The translations under genes were made by a program, and so were the position numbers. Shown in pieces: positions 40,261 through 49,992 of a stretch of DNA of 64,000 nucleotides. A model generated the notes under the pieces. That model had not been told where the DNA came from. It saw nothing but the letters and a program-made list of their open reading frames with translations, and made no database searches. Location: positions 43,810 through 107,809 of the forward strand of contig CAVPJA010000004.1 in assembly GCA_963705145.1 (NCBI GenBank). Reading direction: 5' to 3'. The stretch comes from Candidatus Bathyarchaeota archaeon (lineage in GTDB: Archaea > Thermoproteota > Bathyarchaeia > Bathyarchaeales > Bathycorpusculaceae). Numbering within the stretch: position 1 is the first letter of the stretch; each line of letters begins with the position of its first letter.

Positions 40261-41129
40261 AGGTTGCCGTAATCGGCGCTGGAAAGATGGGTGTTTGGTT
40301 CGCAAAATTTTTTGAGTCTAAAGGTTACGACGTTATTCTGGCTGACCGTAAGAAAGCGAAGCTTGAAGCGCAAAAAGACTTGCTAGTTGATTTGACAACC
40401 AGTTTCGAGGAAGCCGTCCAAGACGCCGACCAAATTTTCCTTTGCGTATCCATAAACGCCATGGAAGAGGTTGCTAAAGCAATTAGCCCCGCCGTCCACG
40501 AAGGACAAGTAATCATGGATATTTGCTCAATCAAAGAAGCCCCAGTCAAAACGATGCACCAATACCTAAACGGCGCCACGATTTTGGGTACGCACCCAGT
40601 TTTTGGTCCCGGAAGCAAAGGCGTGAAACACAAAGCATACGTCCTAACCCCAACCAATGCCAAAGAGCAAGAGTTCGCTGAGCAATTCAAGCAGTGGCTG
40701 GAAAAGGAAGAAGCACACGTGTTCATTATGACTCCAAAGAAACACGATGAACTAATGTCAGTCGTGCTGGGGTTGCCGCACTTCCTAGGCTTAGTTGCCT
40801 GCGAAACATTGCTGGAACAAGTGAATTTGTCTGAAACAAAAAAAGTAGCTGGCACCACCTATCGAATGCTGTTCACCTTAGCTGAAGCGACGGCGCTGGA
40901 AACCCCAGATCTATACGCAAGCGTACAAACGAATTTGGCTAACTTAGGCGAAATCGAGGATTTGTTTATGGCTAAAGCCCAAGAATTGCTTACCTTAATC
41001 AAAAACAAAGACCAAAAAGCAATAGTCGAACGATTGGAACAACTAAAAAAGAAGCTTGCGGCTGCTGACAGCGACTTCGCCGACTCTTACGACGTCATGT
41101 ATAAAATGCTAGAATCAACAGAGAAATAA
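40257..41129 (+). CDS. tyrA: Prephenate dehydrogenase
   Basis: GAGKMG, DICSIK, THPVFGP, HDELM. Confidence 0.92.
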   Translation: MKVAVIGAGKMGVWFAKFFESKGYDVILADRKKAKLEAQKDLLVDLTTSFEEAVQDADQIFLCVSINAMEEVAKAISPAVHEGQVIMDICSIKEAPVKTMHQYLNGATILGTHPVFGPGSKGVKHKAYVLTPTNAKEQEFAEQFKQWLEKEEAHVFIMTPKKHDELMSVVLGLPHFLGLVACETLLEQVNLSETKKVAGTTYRMLFTLAEATALETPDLYASVQTNLANLGEIEDLFMAKAQELLTLIKNKDQKAIVERLEQLKKKLAAADSDFADSYDVMYKMLESTEK

Positions 41130-41152
41130 TTTTTTTAAAATTTGCTTTTTTT
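41130..41152 (+). terminator. Oligo-T archaeal terminator of the aromatic operon
   Basis: Two T tracts immediately after the tyrA stop. Confidence 0.45.
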
Positions 41153-41200
41153 GCTCACAGTATGATTATATTGTCATTTCGGCATAAGTCATATGAGTAG

Positions 41201-42058
41201 ATGTGTATGGAACGAAAAGTGGAAAAAATCTTAGAAAGACAGCCCACAATTGAAGGTGCAGGTGTTATGCTCCAACGCGTTTTAGGCAATGATAAAAACT
41301 CTACTCTTGACCCATTTTTGCTTTTTGACCATTTCGGCTCAAACGACCCTAAAGATTACATCAAAGGTTTTCCTTGGCATCCTCATAGAGGGATAGAAAC
41401 CGTCACTTACATGTGGACTGGCGAAGTTGCACACGGTGACAGCATGGGCAACAAAGGCGTAATCAAATCCGGAGACCTACAATGGATGACTGCGGGTTCA
41501 GGAATAATTCATCAAGAAATGCCCCAAAAATATGGCGGTCTAATGCAGGGCTTTCAATTATGGGTAAACTTGCCGGCAAAAAAGAAGATGATCGATCCAA
41601 AATACCGGGGAATCGAAAAAGAACAAATCCCAACCGCCCAGAAAAACGGAATAACGATCAAAGTGATAGCAGGTCAAATAGATGGGGTAGAAGGACCAGT
41701 TTGCGACCTTGCAATCGACATAGATTATTTTGATGTCGAGCTTCCTGAAGCCAAAACATTCGAACACGCCACACATAGGAACAACACAGTCTTTGCATAC
41801 GTTGTCGATGGATCAATAAAAGTTCACGACAAAACTATCTCGACGGGACAATGTGCTGTTTTTGGCGAAGGCGATTTAGTTAATATCGGCTCAAAAAAGG
41901 GTGCTCACTTTTTGTTTGTCTCAGGAGAACCATTGAAGGAACCTGTAGCTTGGGGAGGACCAATTGTAATGAATACTGAAGAAGAGTTAGAAAGGGCATA
42001 TGACGAACTTGACGAAGGCACATTCATCAAAACTACAAAGCCAGTAAAATTATACTGA
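41201..42058 (+). CDS. Pirin family protein
   Basis: DPFLLFD, HPHRGIET, MTAGSGIIHQE, QLWVN, GPIVMN. Confidence 0.93.
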   Translation: MCMERKVEKILERQPTIEGAGVMLQRVLGNDKNSTLDPFLLFDHFGSNDPKDYIKGFPWHPHRGIETVTYMWTGEVAHGDSMGNKGVIKSGDLQWMTAGSGIIHQEMPQKYGGLMQGFQLWVNLPAKKKMIDPKYRGIEKEQIPTAQKNGITIKVIAGQIDGVEGPVCDLAIDIDYFDVELPEAKTFEHATHRNNTVFAYVVDGSIKVHDKTISTGQCAVFGEGDLVNIGSKKGAHFLFVSGEPLKEPVAWGGPIVMNTEEELERAYDELDEGTFIKTTKPVKLY

Positions 42059-42138
42059 AACTAAAATGTATAAGTTTGAGCAAATCATAATGTGGCAATC
42101 ATGAGAAAAGGAAGTGACTAAAAAAAATAAAATTATGG

Positions 42139-42954
42139 TTAGATTGCTTTAGGGTAGGACCCTAAGATTTTGATGAATGTGGTATATTTTTCCAGTGCTT
42201 TGAGTGTTTCGGCGCATTTAGGTTCGGTTCGGTGTCCTTCAAAGTCTAGGTAGAAGTTGTATTCCCATGCAGTTTTTTTGGTTGGTCTGGATTCGATGCG
42301 GGTTAGGTTGATTTTGCGTTTGGCGAATTCTCCCAGTGCGTGGTAGAGTGAGCCTGGTTCGTGTTTGGCTGAGAAGATAATTGAGGTTTTGTCTTTGCTT
42401 GTTACTGGTGAATCCTCTTCAGAGAGTACAAAGAAGCGGGTGTAGTTTTCTTTGTTGTCAGCAATGTCTTTGGCGAGGATTTGCATGCCGTAGATTTCGG
42501 CTGCTCGCTCGCTGGCAATGGCTGCTGCGGACATGAGTTTTTGTTCCTTGATGAGTTTAACGCTTCCAGCCGTATCATAAGCTGGAATCTGTTCGTATTT
42601 TAAGTGTTCCAGAAAGCTTCGGCACTGCGCAAGAGCTTGCGGGTGGGAGTAAACCGTTTTGATTTGATCCAAACTTGCGCCTGGATTAGCTATTAGACAG
42701 TGGGCGATTTTTACTATTACTTCACCGCAGACTTTAAGGTCATAATTGAAGAATAAATCGTAGTTTTGGTTGACGCTGCCTTCAATCGAGTTCTCAACTG
42801 GCACCACACCTGCGTCAACGCCCAGGCGTTTTACGCTTTCAAAAACGTCGCGGAAATCCATGCACGGTTTAACCTGCGTTTTTGAACCAAAGAACTGGTA
42901 AACTGCGCTCTCACTATATGCGCCAGGTTCGCCTTGGAAGGCTACATGTGTCAC
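42139..42954 (-). CDS. pheA: Prephenate dehydratase (PDT + ACT)
   Basis: GAYSE, PVENS, SHPQA, NYTRF, IESRP. Confidence 0.95.
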   Translation of the reverse strand: MTHVAFQGEPGAYSESAVYQFFGSKTQVKPCMDFRDVFESVKRLGVDAGVVPVENSIEGSVNQNYDLFFNYDLKVCGEVIVKIAHCLIANPGASLDQIKTVYSHPQALAQCRSFLEHLKYEQIPAYDTAGSVKLIKEQKLMSAAAIASERAAEIYGMQILAKDIADNKENYTRFFVLSEEDSPVTSKDKTSIIFSAKHEPGSLYHALGEFAKRKINLTRIESRPTKKTAWEYNFYLDFEGHRTEPKCAETLKALEKYTTFIKILGSYPKAI

Positions 42955-44473
42955 TTTTTGTTTCCCTGCTTATGGTTCTTAATCAAGAGCTTGTTTATAC
43001 CATTTATCATTGCTTCCACGCTTGCCATAACAATGTCTTCTCGTGCTGCTCGTGCGGAGACGATATTGCCTTTTTCGTCTTCGACTTTTATGATGACTTC
43101 GGCGACTGCATTTGACCCTCCAGTTATAGCTGCAAGACGGTATTCGCTAAGGCGGATGTTTTCTATGCTGCTGGTCAACTTCTGAATTGCCTTTAAGACT
43201 GCATCTACTGGTCCTACGCCTGTTTCGGCTGCAACGTATTCTTTGCCATTCAAGGTTAGACGCACCGAAGCGGTTGGGATAACTTTGATGCCTGTTACGA
43301 CGGCCATGTCGCATAAGTCAATTATTTTTTCTTCCCCAATCACTTCACCCATTACAGCGGAAGTTAGCGCTATCAAGTCGGCGTCTGTGACCATTTTGCC
43401 TTTGTCACCTAAGTCTTTGACGCGTTGTACGATTTCTTTTAGCTGCTCCTCGGTTGGGTGGATACCGATTTCGTTCAATTCTGCCTTGATACCTCGGGTT
43501 CCCGCCAGTTTGCCAGCTACAAGTTTTCTTGTGCGTCCTACTAATTCTGGGTTTATAGGCTCGAAGGTCAGTGGTTTTTCTGTTACGCCGCGGGTGTGTA
43601 TGCCTGATTCGTGGGCAAACGCGTTCTCTCCAACAATTGCTTTGTTAGCTTGTACATTAATGCCTGTTAATGATGCAACCAGTCGTGAGGTGCTATAGAG
43701 TAAGCGCGTGTTGACGTCTGTTTTGTATTTGTAAATCATGTGCAGTGCCATAACTACTTCTTCGAGTGAAGCGTTGCCTGCACGTTCACCTAAGCCATTA
43801 ACCGCTACGTGTACTTGGTCTGCGCCTGCTTCGACGGCAGCTAAACTGTTGGCAACTGCTAAACCGAAGTCATCGTGACAATGGGTGCTTATTGGAACGT
43901 TAACTATTGTTTTTAGTTCCTCGATTAATTTGGCTGTTGTTTTAGGAATCATGATGCCGACTGTGTCAGGGACATTTAAGCTATCCATGCCTGCGTCTTG
44001 TGCTGCTTTACAAACCTTTTTTAGAAAAGGCATCTCGGAGCGTGTGGCATCCATTGGTGAAAACTCGCATTTTACGCCGTGTTTCTTCACGTATGAAATG
44101 GAATCCACCGTTGCAGCCAGCACTTGTTCAGGAGTTAAGTTAACCGCGTATTTCATTTGAACAGGTGAGGTTGGGATGAAAACGTGAATTAAATCAACTT
44201 CGCAATCCAAAGCTGCATCGATGTCGCCCTAGTTGCACGGGAAAGTGCGCAGACTTCTGAGGTTAAACCTGCCTTAGCAATGTCTCGGACAATTTTTTTT
44301 TCGCCCTCTGACGAACTTGGAAAACCCGCTTCAATGGTGTCAACGCCCAACTTGCTTAGTTGACAGGCAATCTCCATCTTATCGTCTGCAGTTAAAGAAA
44401 CTCCAGGGGTTTGTTCCCCATCTCTTAATGTTGTGTCAAAAATTCGGATTCTTCTTGAGGTTTTATTTGTCAT
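42951..44473 (-). CDS. leuA: 2-isopropylmalate synthase; one base missing near 44227-44231
   Basis: DTTLRDGEQ in the first frame; NVPDTVG, HCHDD, GERAGN, HESGIH and the regulatory domain in the second. Adding one base restores ...T(R/K)GDIDAAL. Confidence 0.88.
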
Positions 44474-44477
44474 GCTT

Positions 44478-45515
44478 TCAACCAGTTTTCACGGTTAAGG
44501 ATGCAGCGATGGCTTCAGCCATGCCCACCGTCGTTTTGGTGCCGCCGCAGTCAGGAACAGATTGACGGTTAGTTAACGCGTACACTACTCCGTTCTCTAT
44601 GGCTGCGCCTGCTTGTAAACATTTTTTGTCGTTGTATTTTTCTCCCAGCCACTCAAGCATCATTTTTGCGGAAAGTATCATGGAGATTGGGTTGGCGGTG
44701 TGTTTTCCTGCTCGGTTTGGTGCTGATCCATGGATGGGTTCGAAGAGTGCAAAGTTGTCGCCTATGTTTGCTCCTGGAGCCATTCCTAAGCCGCCGATTT
44801 GCTGTGCTGCTTCGTCAGATAGGATGTCGCCGAACATGTTGCATGTGCAAAATACATCGAATATTTCTGGTTCTTTGATTATGCGCATGGATGCTGCGTC
44901 AACGTAGAGTTCGTTGAATGCGATGTCGGGGTACTGTTTTGCGGTTTCGCGGCAGACGCTGGCAAATAAACCGTCGGTTACGCGCATGACGTTGGCTTTG
45001 TGAATGGCGGTGACTTTCTTTTTGCCGTTGCGTAGACGTGCGATGTCAAAGGCTTTTTTGGCGATGCGTTCGCAGGCTTTGCGTGTTATAACTCTTAGGC
45101 AAAGGGTTGTGTCGTTGCCTATGGTGAATTCTAGGCCTTTGTAAACGTCCTCAGTGTTCTCGCGGACAAATATCATGTCAATGTCTGGGCGGGCAACAGG
45201 AACGTTAGGGTAAGCTTTCAGTGGACGCAAATTAGCGTATAAATCAAACATTGCTCTGAGCTTCACTATTACGTCGGCTGCAGATTCGCCTACTGGACCT
45301 TTTAAGCAAGCGTGGGAGTTCTTAATTTTCTCCACAGTGTCCGCTGGCAATGCGGCGCCTACTCTCTCAAGTGCGACGTCGCCTGCTTCAGCTTCGATAA
45401 TCTGAAGTTTGGCTCCGAATTTTTTCTGAACTGCGTCTAAGACTTTTAGGGTAGCTTGGGTTAATTCTGGTCCGATTCCGTCTCCTGGAATTAGAGATAT
45501 TTTGTATTCTGTCAT
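44478..45515 (-). CDS. leuB: 3-isopropylmalate dehydrogenase
   Basis: [33 protein letters not shown]; located in the leu operon. Confidence 0.85.
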   Translation of the reverse strand: MTEYKISLIPGDGIGPELTQATLKVLDAVQKKFGAKLQIIEAEAGDVALERVGAALPADTVEKIKNSHACLKGPVGESAADVIVKLRAMFDLYANLRPLKAYPNVPVARPDIDMIFVRENTEDVYKGLEFTIGNDTTLCLRVITRKACERIAKKAFDIARLRNGKKKVTAIHKANVMRVTDGLFASVCRETAKQYPDIAFNELYVDAASMRIIKEPEIFDVFCTCNMFGDILSDEAAQQIGGLGMAPGANIGDNFALFEPIHGSAPNRAGKHTANPISMILSAKMMLEWLGEKYNDKKCLQAGAAIENGVVYALTNRQSVPDCGGTKTTVGMAEAIAASLTVKTG

Positions 45516-46012
45516 TTTTTCATATTTCTCCTCAAGTTTTCGATTAATCCGCCATCTGCTAAAATTTCTATGATGAATTGTGGAAGCTTTTCTACTTGAA
45601 ACTTTTTTCCGTTAGAGGTGTTTTCTATCTTGCCCGCTTCAAAATCCAAATTTAACACTTCGCCTGTTTTAACCGCGGTGGATATTCCTTTGCATTCGAT
45701 TACAGGCAAGCCAATATTTATGGCGTTGCGGAAGAAGATTCGCGCGAACGATTCTGCGATTACACATTTGACGCCTGAATACTTCAAGGCCAGCGGTGCC
45801 TGCTCACGGCTTGAGCCGCAACCGAAGTTCTTTCCGCCTACCAGAATGACGCCGCCTTTGGCTTTCGTAACGAATTCTGTATCTAAGCTTTCCAGCGCGT
45901 GTTTGCCCAACTCGTTTGGGTCAACTAATATTAGGTATTTGCCTGGTAGGATGACATCTGTGTCAATGTTGTTGCCGAACACTATGGCAGGCGCTTTTAT
46001 TTTGCTGCTCAT
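45512..46012 (-). CDS. leuD: 3-isopropylmalate dehydratase small subunit
   Basis: IDTDVI, NFGCGSSREQA, SFARIFFRN. Confidence 0.92.
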   Translation of the reverse strand: MSSKIKAPAIVFGNNIDTDVILPGKYLILVDPNELGKHALESLDTEFVTKAKGGVILVGGKNFGCGSSREQAPLALKYSGVKCVIAESFARIFFRNAINIGLPVIECKGISTAVKTGEVLNLDFEAGKIENTSNGKKFQVEKLPQFIIEILADGGLIENLRRNMKK

Positions 46013-47277
46013 GCTTTTGTCTCCAGTGTTGTGGGGTCTGTGATTCTTCCTGTTATTGCTGAAGCCGCTACCGTTGCAGGTGAAGCTAAATAGACATTTG
46101 CTTGGGTGCTGCCCATTCTTCCAATAAAGTTGCGATTAGAGGTGCTTACGCATGTTTCACCTGCTGCTAACAACCCGATGTGTCCGCCTAAGCATGGTCC
46201 ACAAGCGGAACCGCAAACGATTGCGCCTGCCTCAGTGAAAATTTGCAGCAGACCTTTTTTGTCGGCTTGCTGATAGATTTCCTGAGATGCTGGAATAACT
46301 AGGGCACGGACGCCGTCAGCGACTTTTTTGCCCTTCATGATCTTCGCAGCTAACTGCAAATCTTCTAGTCTGCCGTTGGTGCAGGAACCGATGAAGGCTT
46401 GGTCAATTTTGACTTCTCCTATTTTGCTGATTGGTTTAACATTGTCAACTGATGATGGACAAGCCACTTGAGGCTCCATAGATGAAACGTCGAATTCGAC
46501 GGTTTGACTGTATTTTGCGTCTGTATCGCTCTTTAAAGTGTCTAAGTCGGGCATTTTTTTTATTTTGTCTTCTAAGTATTTGCGTGTGGTTTCGTCTGGT
46601 TCAACTATACCGTTTTTTGCACCCATCTCAACAGCCATGTTGCACAGGGTCATTCGGCCTGAAACAGTCATGTTTTTGATGGTTGGGCCCGTAAACTCTA
46701 AACTCTTGTAGATTGCGCCGTCTACGCCCAATTTGCCTGTTATGGTTAAAACTAGGTCTTTGGCCGTGACGTTGGGTTTGAATTTGCCTTTAACGTTTAC
46801 TTTGATAGTTTCGGGAACTTTCAGCCAGATTTTTCCAGTAGCCATTACTGCGGCTGCTTCTGTTGAACCGATGCCTGTTGCAAAAGCTCCAAAAGCTCCG
46901 TAAGTGCATGTATGTGAATCAGCGCCTAAAATGATGTTTCCGGGAACCACGTGTCCCTTATCCGGCATAACTTGGTGGCATATTCCTCCTTTGCCTACGT
47001 CGTAGATTTGTAAATTTTGGTCATTGGCAAATTGTCTCATGGTTTTGTGTAGTTCAGCTGCTTTAACTGATTCCGCTGGAACTTGATGATCCAGAATTAC
47101 CACTACTTTTTTGTTATTCCAAACTTTTGGAACACCTATTTTTTTGAAAGCTTCAACCGCTAAGGGTCCAGTTAAGTCGTGCACCATTACCATGTCGACG
47201 TTTACGTCAACGATTTCTCCTGGATGCACAGCTATTTTTCCTGAAGCTTTTGCCAAGATTTTTTCTGTAATGTTCAT
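46009..47277 (-). CDS. leuC: 3-isopropylmalate dehydratase large subunit
   Basis: DSHTC, GSCTNGR, CGPCLG, STSNRNF. Confidence 0.92.
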   Translation of the reverse strand: MNITEKILAKASGKIAVHPGEIVDVNVDMVMVHDLTGPLAVEAFKKIGVPKVWNNKKVVVILDHQVPAESVKAAELHKTMRQFANDQNLQIYDVGKGGICHQVMPDKGHVVPGNIILGADSHTCTYGAFGAFATGIGSTEAAAVMATGKIWLKVPETIKVNVKGKFKPNVTAKDLVLTITGKLGVDGAIYKSLEFTGPTIKNMTVSGRMTLCNMAVEMGAKNGIVEPDETTRKYLEDKIKKMPDLDTLKSDTDAKYSQTVEFDVSSMEPQVACPSSVDNVKPISKIGEVKIDQAFIGSCTNGRLEDLQLAAKIMKGKKVADGVRALVIPASQEIYQQADKKGLLQIFTEAGAIVCGSACGPCLGGHIGLLAAGETCVSTSNRNFIGRMGSTQANVYLASPATVAASAITGRITDPTTLETKA

Positions 47278-47376
47278 TGTTTTTCGCTTATCCTTGAATT
47301 AACCTAAATAACCTTAAGATAATTGGAAAAATTTTAAAGAACAGACAATTAAGTATTTCCGCTAAGTCAACGCTGT

Positions 47377-47889
47377 TTATTCGTCGATTTTTATTGATTT
47401 TGCGCCTCGTGCTAGGGCCGTTATGCCTGTTCTTGCGAGTTCTATGACTCCATAGCTTTTCATGAGGTTAAGGAAGGCGTCGATTTTGTCAGGGGTTCCT
47501 GTGATTTCAACAGTTAAGCTGTCGATTGAGACATCGATTATTCTGCATCGAAATACGTCAACACAGTTGATTATATCTGAGCGTTCTTTAGCACTTGGAA
47601 CGTTTACTTTTATCAAGGCTAGTTCTCGCATGACAAATTTTCCTTGCTCAAGTTCGCCTACTCTGAGGACATCAATTTGTTTTTCAACTTGTTTGACAAC
47701 TTGATCGATTGTTTTTTCGTCTCCGTTGATGGTTATGGTCATGCGGGAAATGTCTTGCTGTTGGGTTGGACCCACAGTGATGCTTTCAATGTTGAAGTTT
47801 CTCCGGCGGAACAGGTTTGCGATTGCATGGAGGACACCAGGTTTGTTTTCGACTAAAACGCTGATTACTTTGGTTTTTCCATTTTCCAT
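47377..47889 (-). CDS. ilvN: Acetolactate synthase small subunit
   Basis: VENKPGVL...RRNFNIES, ELARTG. Confidence 0.93.
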   Translation of the reverse strand: MENGKTKVISVLVENKPGVLHAIANLFRRRNFNIESITVGPTQQQDISRMTITINGDEKTIDQVVKQVEKQIDVLRVGELEQGKFVMRELALIKVNVPSAKERSDIINCVDVFRCRIIDVSIDSLTVEITGTPDKIDAFLNLMKSYGVIELARTGITALARGAKSIKIDE

Positions 47890-49601
47890 TAGTAGTCACC
47901 TATCTGTTGTGGTAAACCGCAGCCTGGAGGGACAAATGGAACAACATCTGTCTCTGAACCAATAGGCACATCGATTACCGTTGTTACTTTACTAGTTAGT
48001 GCCGTCTTAACTGCTTTGTGGAACTCCTCGATAGAAGTTGCTCGCAATCCCTGCGCCCCGTAAGCTTCGGCCAGTTTAACGAAGTCGGGTGTTTTGCCTA
48101 AATGAACTGCCATGTAACGTCGTTTGTAGAGCATCCTTTGCCATTGAGCCACCATACCAAGAATTGAGTTATTTAGAACTATGACAGTAACAGGAATGTT
48201 CTCGGTTACTGAGCATGCGAGTTCTTGCTCGGACATTATGAAGCTTCCATCACCCGCTATATCCACGACTGCTCGGTCTGGGCATGCGACTTTTGCGCCT
48301 ATTGCTGCTGGGAAACCAAAGCCCATGGTTCCAAGGCCGCCCGAGCTGATGAATGTGCGTGGTTTTAATGCTTTGAAGTATAGGGCTGACCACATTTGAT
48401 TTTGTCCAACTTCAGTGGTGACTATGTCGTTTTCATTCAACAGTTTTCTAAGTTCTATTAACAATGATTTAGGCACTAAATCTCTTGGCATTTCTTTAAG
48501 CAGTGGACTTAGTTGTTCTTTGGCTTCCTTCACTCTTTTTGTCCATGCTTTTCCTTCTCCCCTCTGCAGCTTTTGAGTTATGGCAGCGTAAAGCATTCTC
48601 AATGAGACTTTGGCATCTGCAACAATTGGAATATCAACTTCGATGTTTTTGTTAATTTCTGCATTGTCGAGGTCAATATGGATTTTTTTGGCGTTGGGCG
48701 CAAAACTGTCCAAGTTAGCTGTTGCACGATCAGAGAACCTTGTACCAACTGCCAGCAAGACGTCTGCCTCACCCATAAGCTTGTTTGCAGCGGGGTTGCC
48801 ATGCATACCTATGCATCCAAGTGATAGGGGGTGGTTTTCTGGGAATGCTCCTTTTCCCATGAATGTTGTAGCGACTGGCGCCATAAGCAAGTCTGACATT
48901 TGGACTAACTCATCTGATGCACCAGAAGTTATGACTCCGCCTCCTGCCAGAATGATTGGGCACTCTGCTTGGGCTAAAAGATCTGCGGCTTCGCTGATTT
49001 TTGTTGGGTTTGGTTCGGATGGTAGTTTGTAGCCGCGTACATCAATTTTATTTGTGAATTCGACATTCTCGATTCCGGCTTGAACGTTTTTGGGTAAATC
49101 AATCAGGACTGGTCCGGGTCTTCCGGTTGTTGCTATGTAGAAGGCATTGTTAACGGTTAACGGAATTTCGGCGACTGTTCGAGGTTGATAACTGTATTTG
49201 GTGATGGCGGTAGTGATGCCGATGATGTCTGCTTCTTGAAAAGCATCTTTGCCGATCATATAACTGGTGTTGACACCTGTAGCTGGAATTTGGCCAGTTA
49301 ACGCTATCATCGGTGAGGAGTCCATGTATGCATTAGCTATACCAGTAACTAAGTTAGTAGCTCCTGGACCGCTGGTTGCCATGCAAACGCCTACTCTTCC
49401 GCTTGCTCGTGCATAGCCTTCTGCTTCGTGGGCTGCACACTGCTCATGCCTTGCAAGTATGTGGCGGATTTTCTTGTTGCCGCATAACTCATCATATACT
49501 GGGAGGATGGCGCCGCCTAAGATACCGAATATTACTTCAACTTTTTGATGTTCAAGGGATTCTAAGAGTGCTCGCGCACCAGTCATTTTTACCATTTTCA
49601 A
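47889..49601 (-). CDS. ilvB: Acetolactate synthase large subunit
   Basis: RHEQ, TSGPGATN, GMHG, GDGSF...NN TPP motif, GMVAQWQ. Confidence 0.95.
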   Translation of the reverse strand: MKMVKMTGARALLESLEHQKVEVIFGILGGAILPVYDELCGNKKIRHILARHEQCAAHEAEGYARASGRVGVCMATSGPGATNLVTGIANAYMDSSPMIALTGQIPATGVNTSYMIGKDAFQEADIIGITTAITKYSYQPRTVAEIPLTVNNAFYIATTGRPGPVLIDLPKNVQAGIENVEFTNKIDVRGYKLPSEPNPTKISEAADLLAQAECPIILAGGGVITSGASDELVQMSDLLMAPVATTFMGKGAFPENHPLSLGCIGMHGNPAANKLMGEADVLLAVGTRFSDRATANLDSFAPNAKKIHIDLDNAEINKNIEVDIPIVADAKVSLRMLYAAITQKLQRGEGKAWTKRVKEAKEQLSPLLKEMPRDLVPKSLLIELRKLLNENDIVTTEVGQNQMWSALYFKALKPRTFISSGGLGTMGFGFPAAIGAKVACPDRAVVDIAGDGSFIMSEQELACSVTENIPVTVIVLNNSILGMVAQWQRMLYKRRYMAVHLGKTPDFVKLAEAYGAQGLRATSIEEFHKAVKTALTSKVTTVIDVPIGSETDVVPFVPPGCGLPQQIGDY

Positions 49602-49697
49602 TTATGTCTCCTATATGTTGAATAAAATATACTGTCGTCTAGAAAAGTTGGCTGCGAGAATTTTTCGGTAGTTTGTTCAGAGGATAACCTAGGTGAA

Positions 49698-49748
49698 TTA
49701 GAGAAGCTGTACCCGACGATCCCGGCTATGGAGGTGACGATCCCTCAT
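49698..49748 (-). CDS. Putative leader ORF upstream of ilvB (MRDRHLHSRDRRVQLL)
   Basis: GAGG SD before the ATG, inside a ~170-nt leader downstream of a TATA-like CTTTTTATT (49797-49805). Confidence 0.4.
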   Translation of the reverse strand: MRDRHLHSRDRRVQLL

Positions 49749-49992
49749 TTTTTTGCCTCTTCAAACTCCGTTCTTTAAAAAAGAAACAACAGTTCAAATA
49801 AAAAGCTTGCGGTTTCTGATTAAATCTTAAAATACAATTGCTTACTTGTTTGCCAAAATGACACGCCCATTGGTCCTTCTTCACTTTTAAAAGGTTCGCA
49901 AGAATATTCTAAAGAAAAAAATAGCGATGGTATGTGGAAGCTACAGGTAAAAAACCGGCATTCCAACTCTTTCTTTGCCCTTTGCAGTTTTT

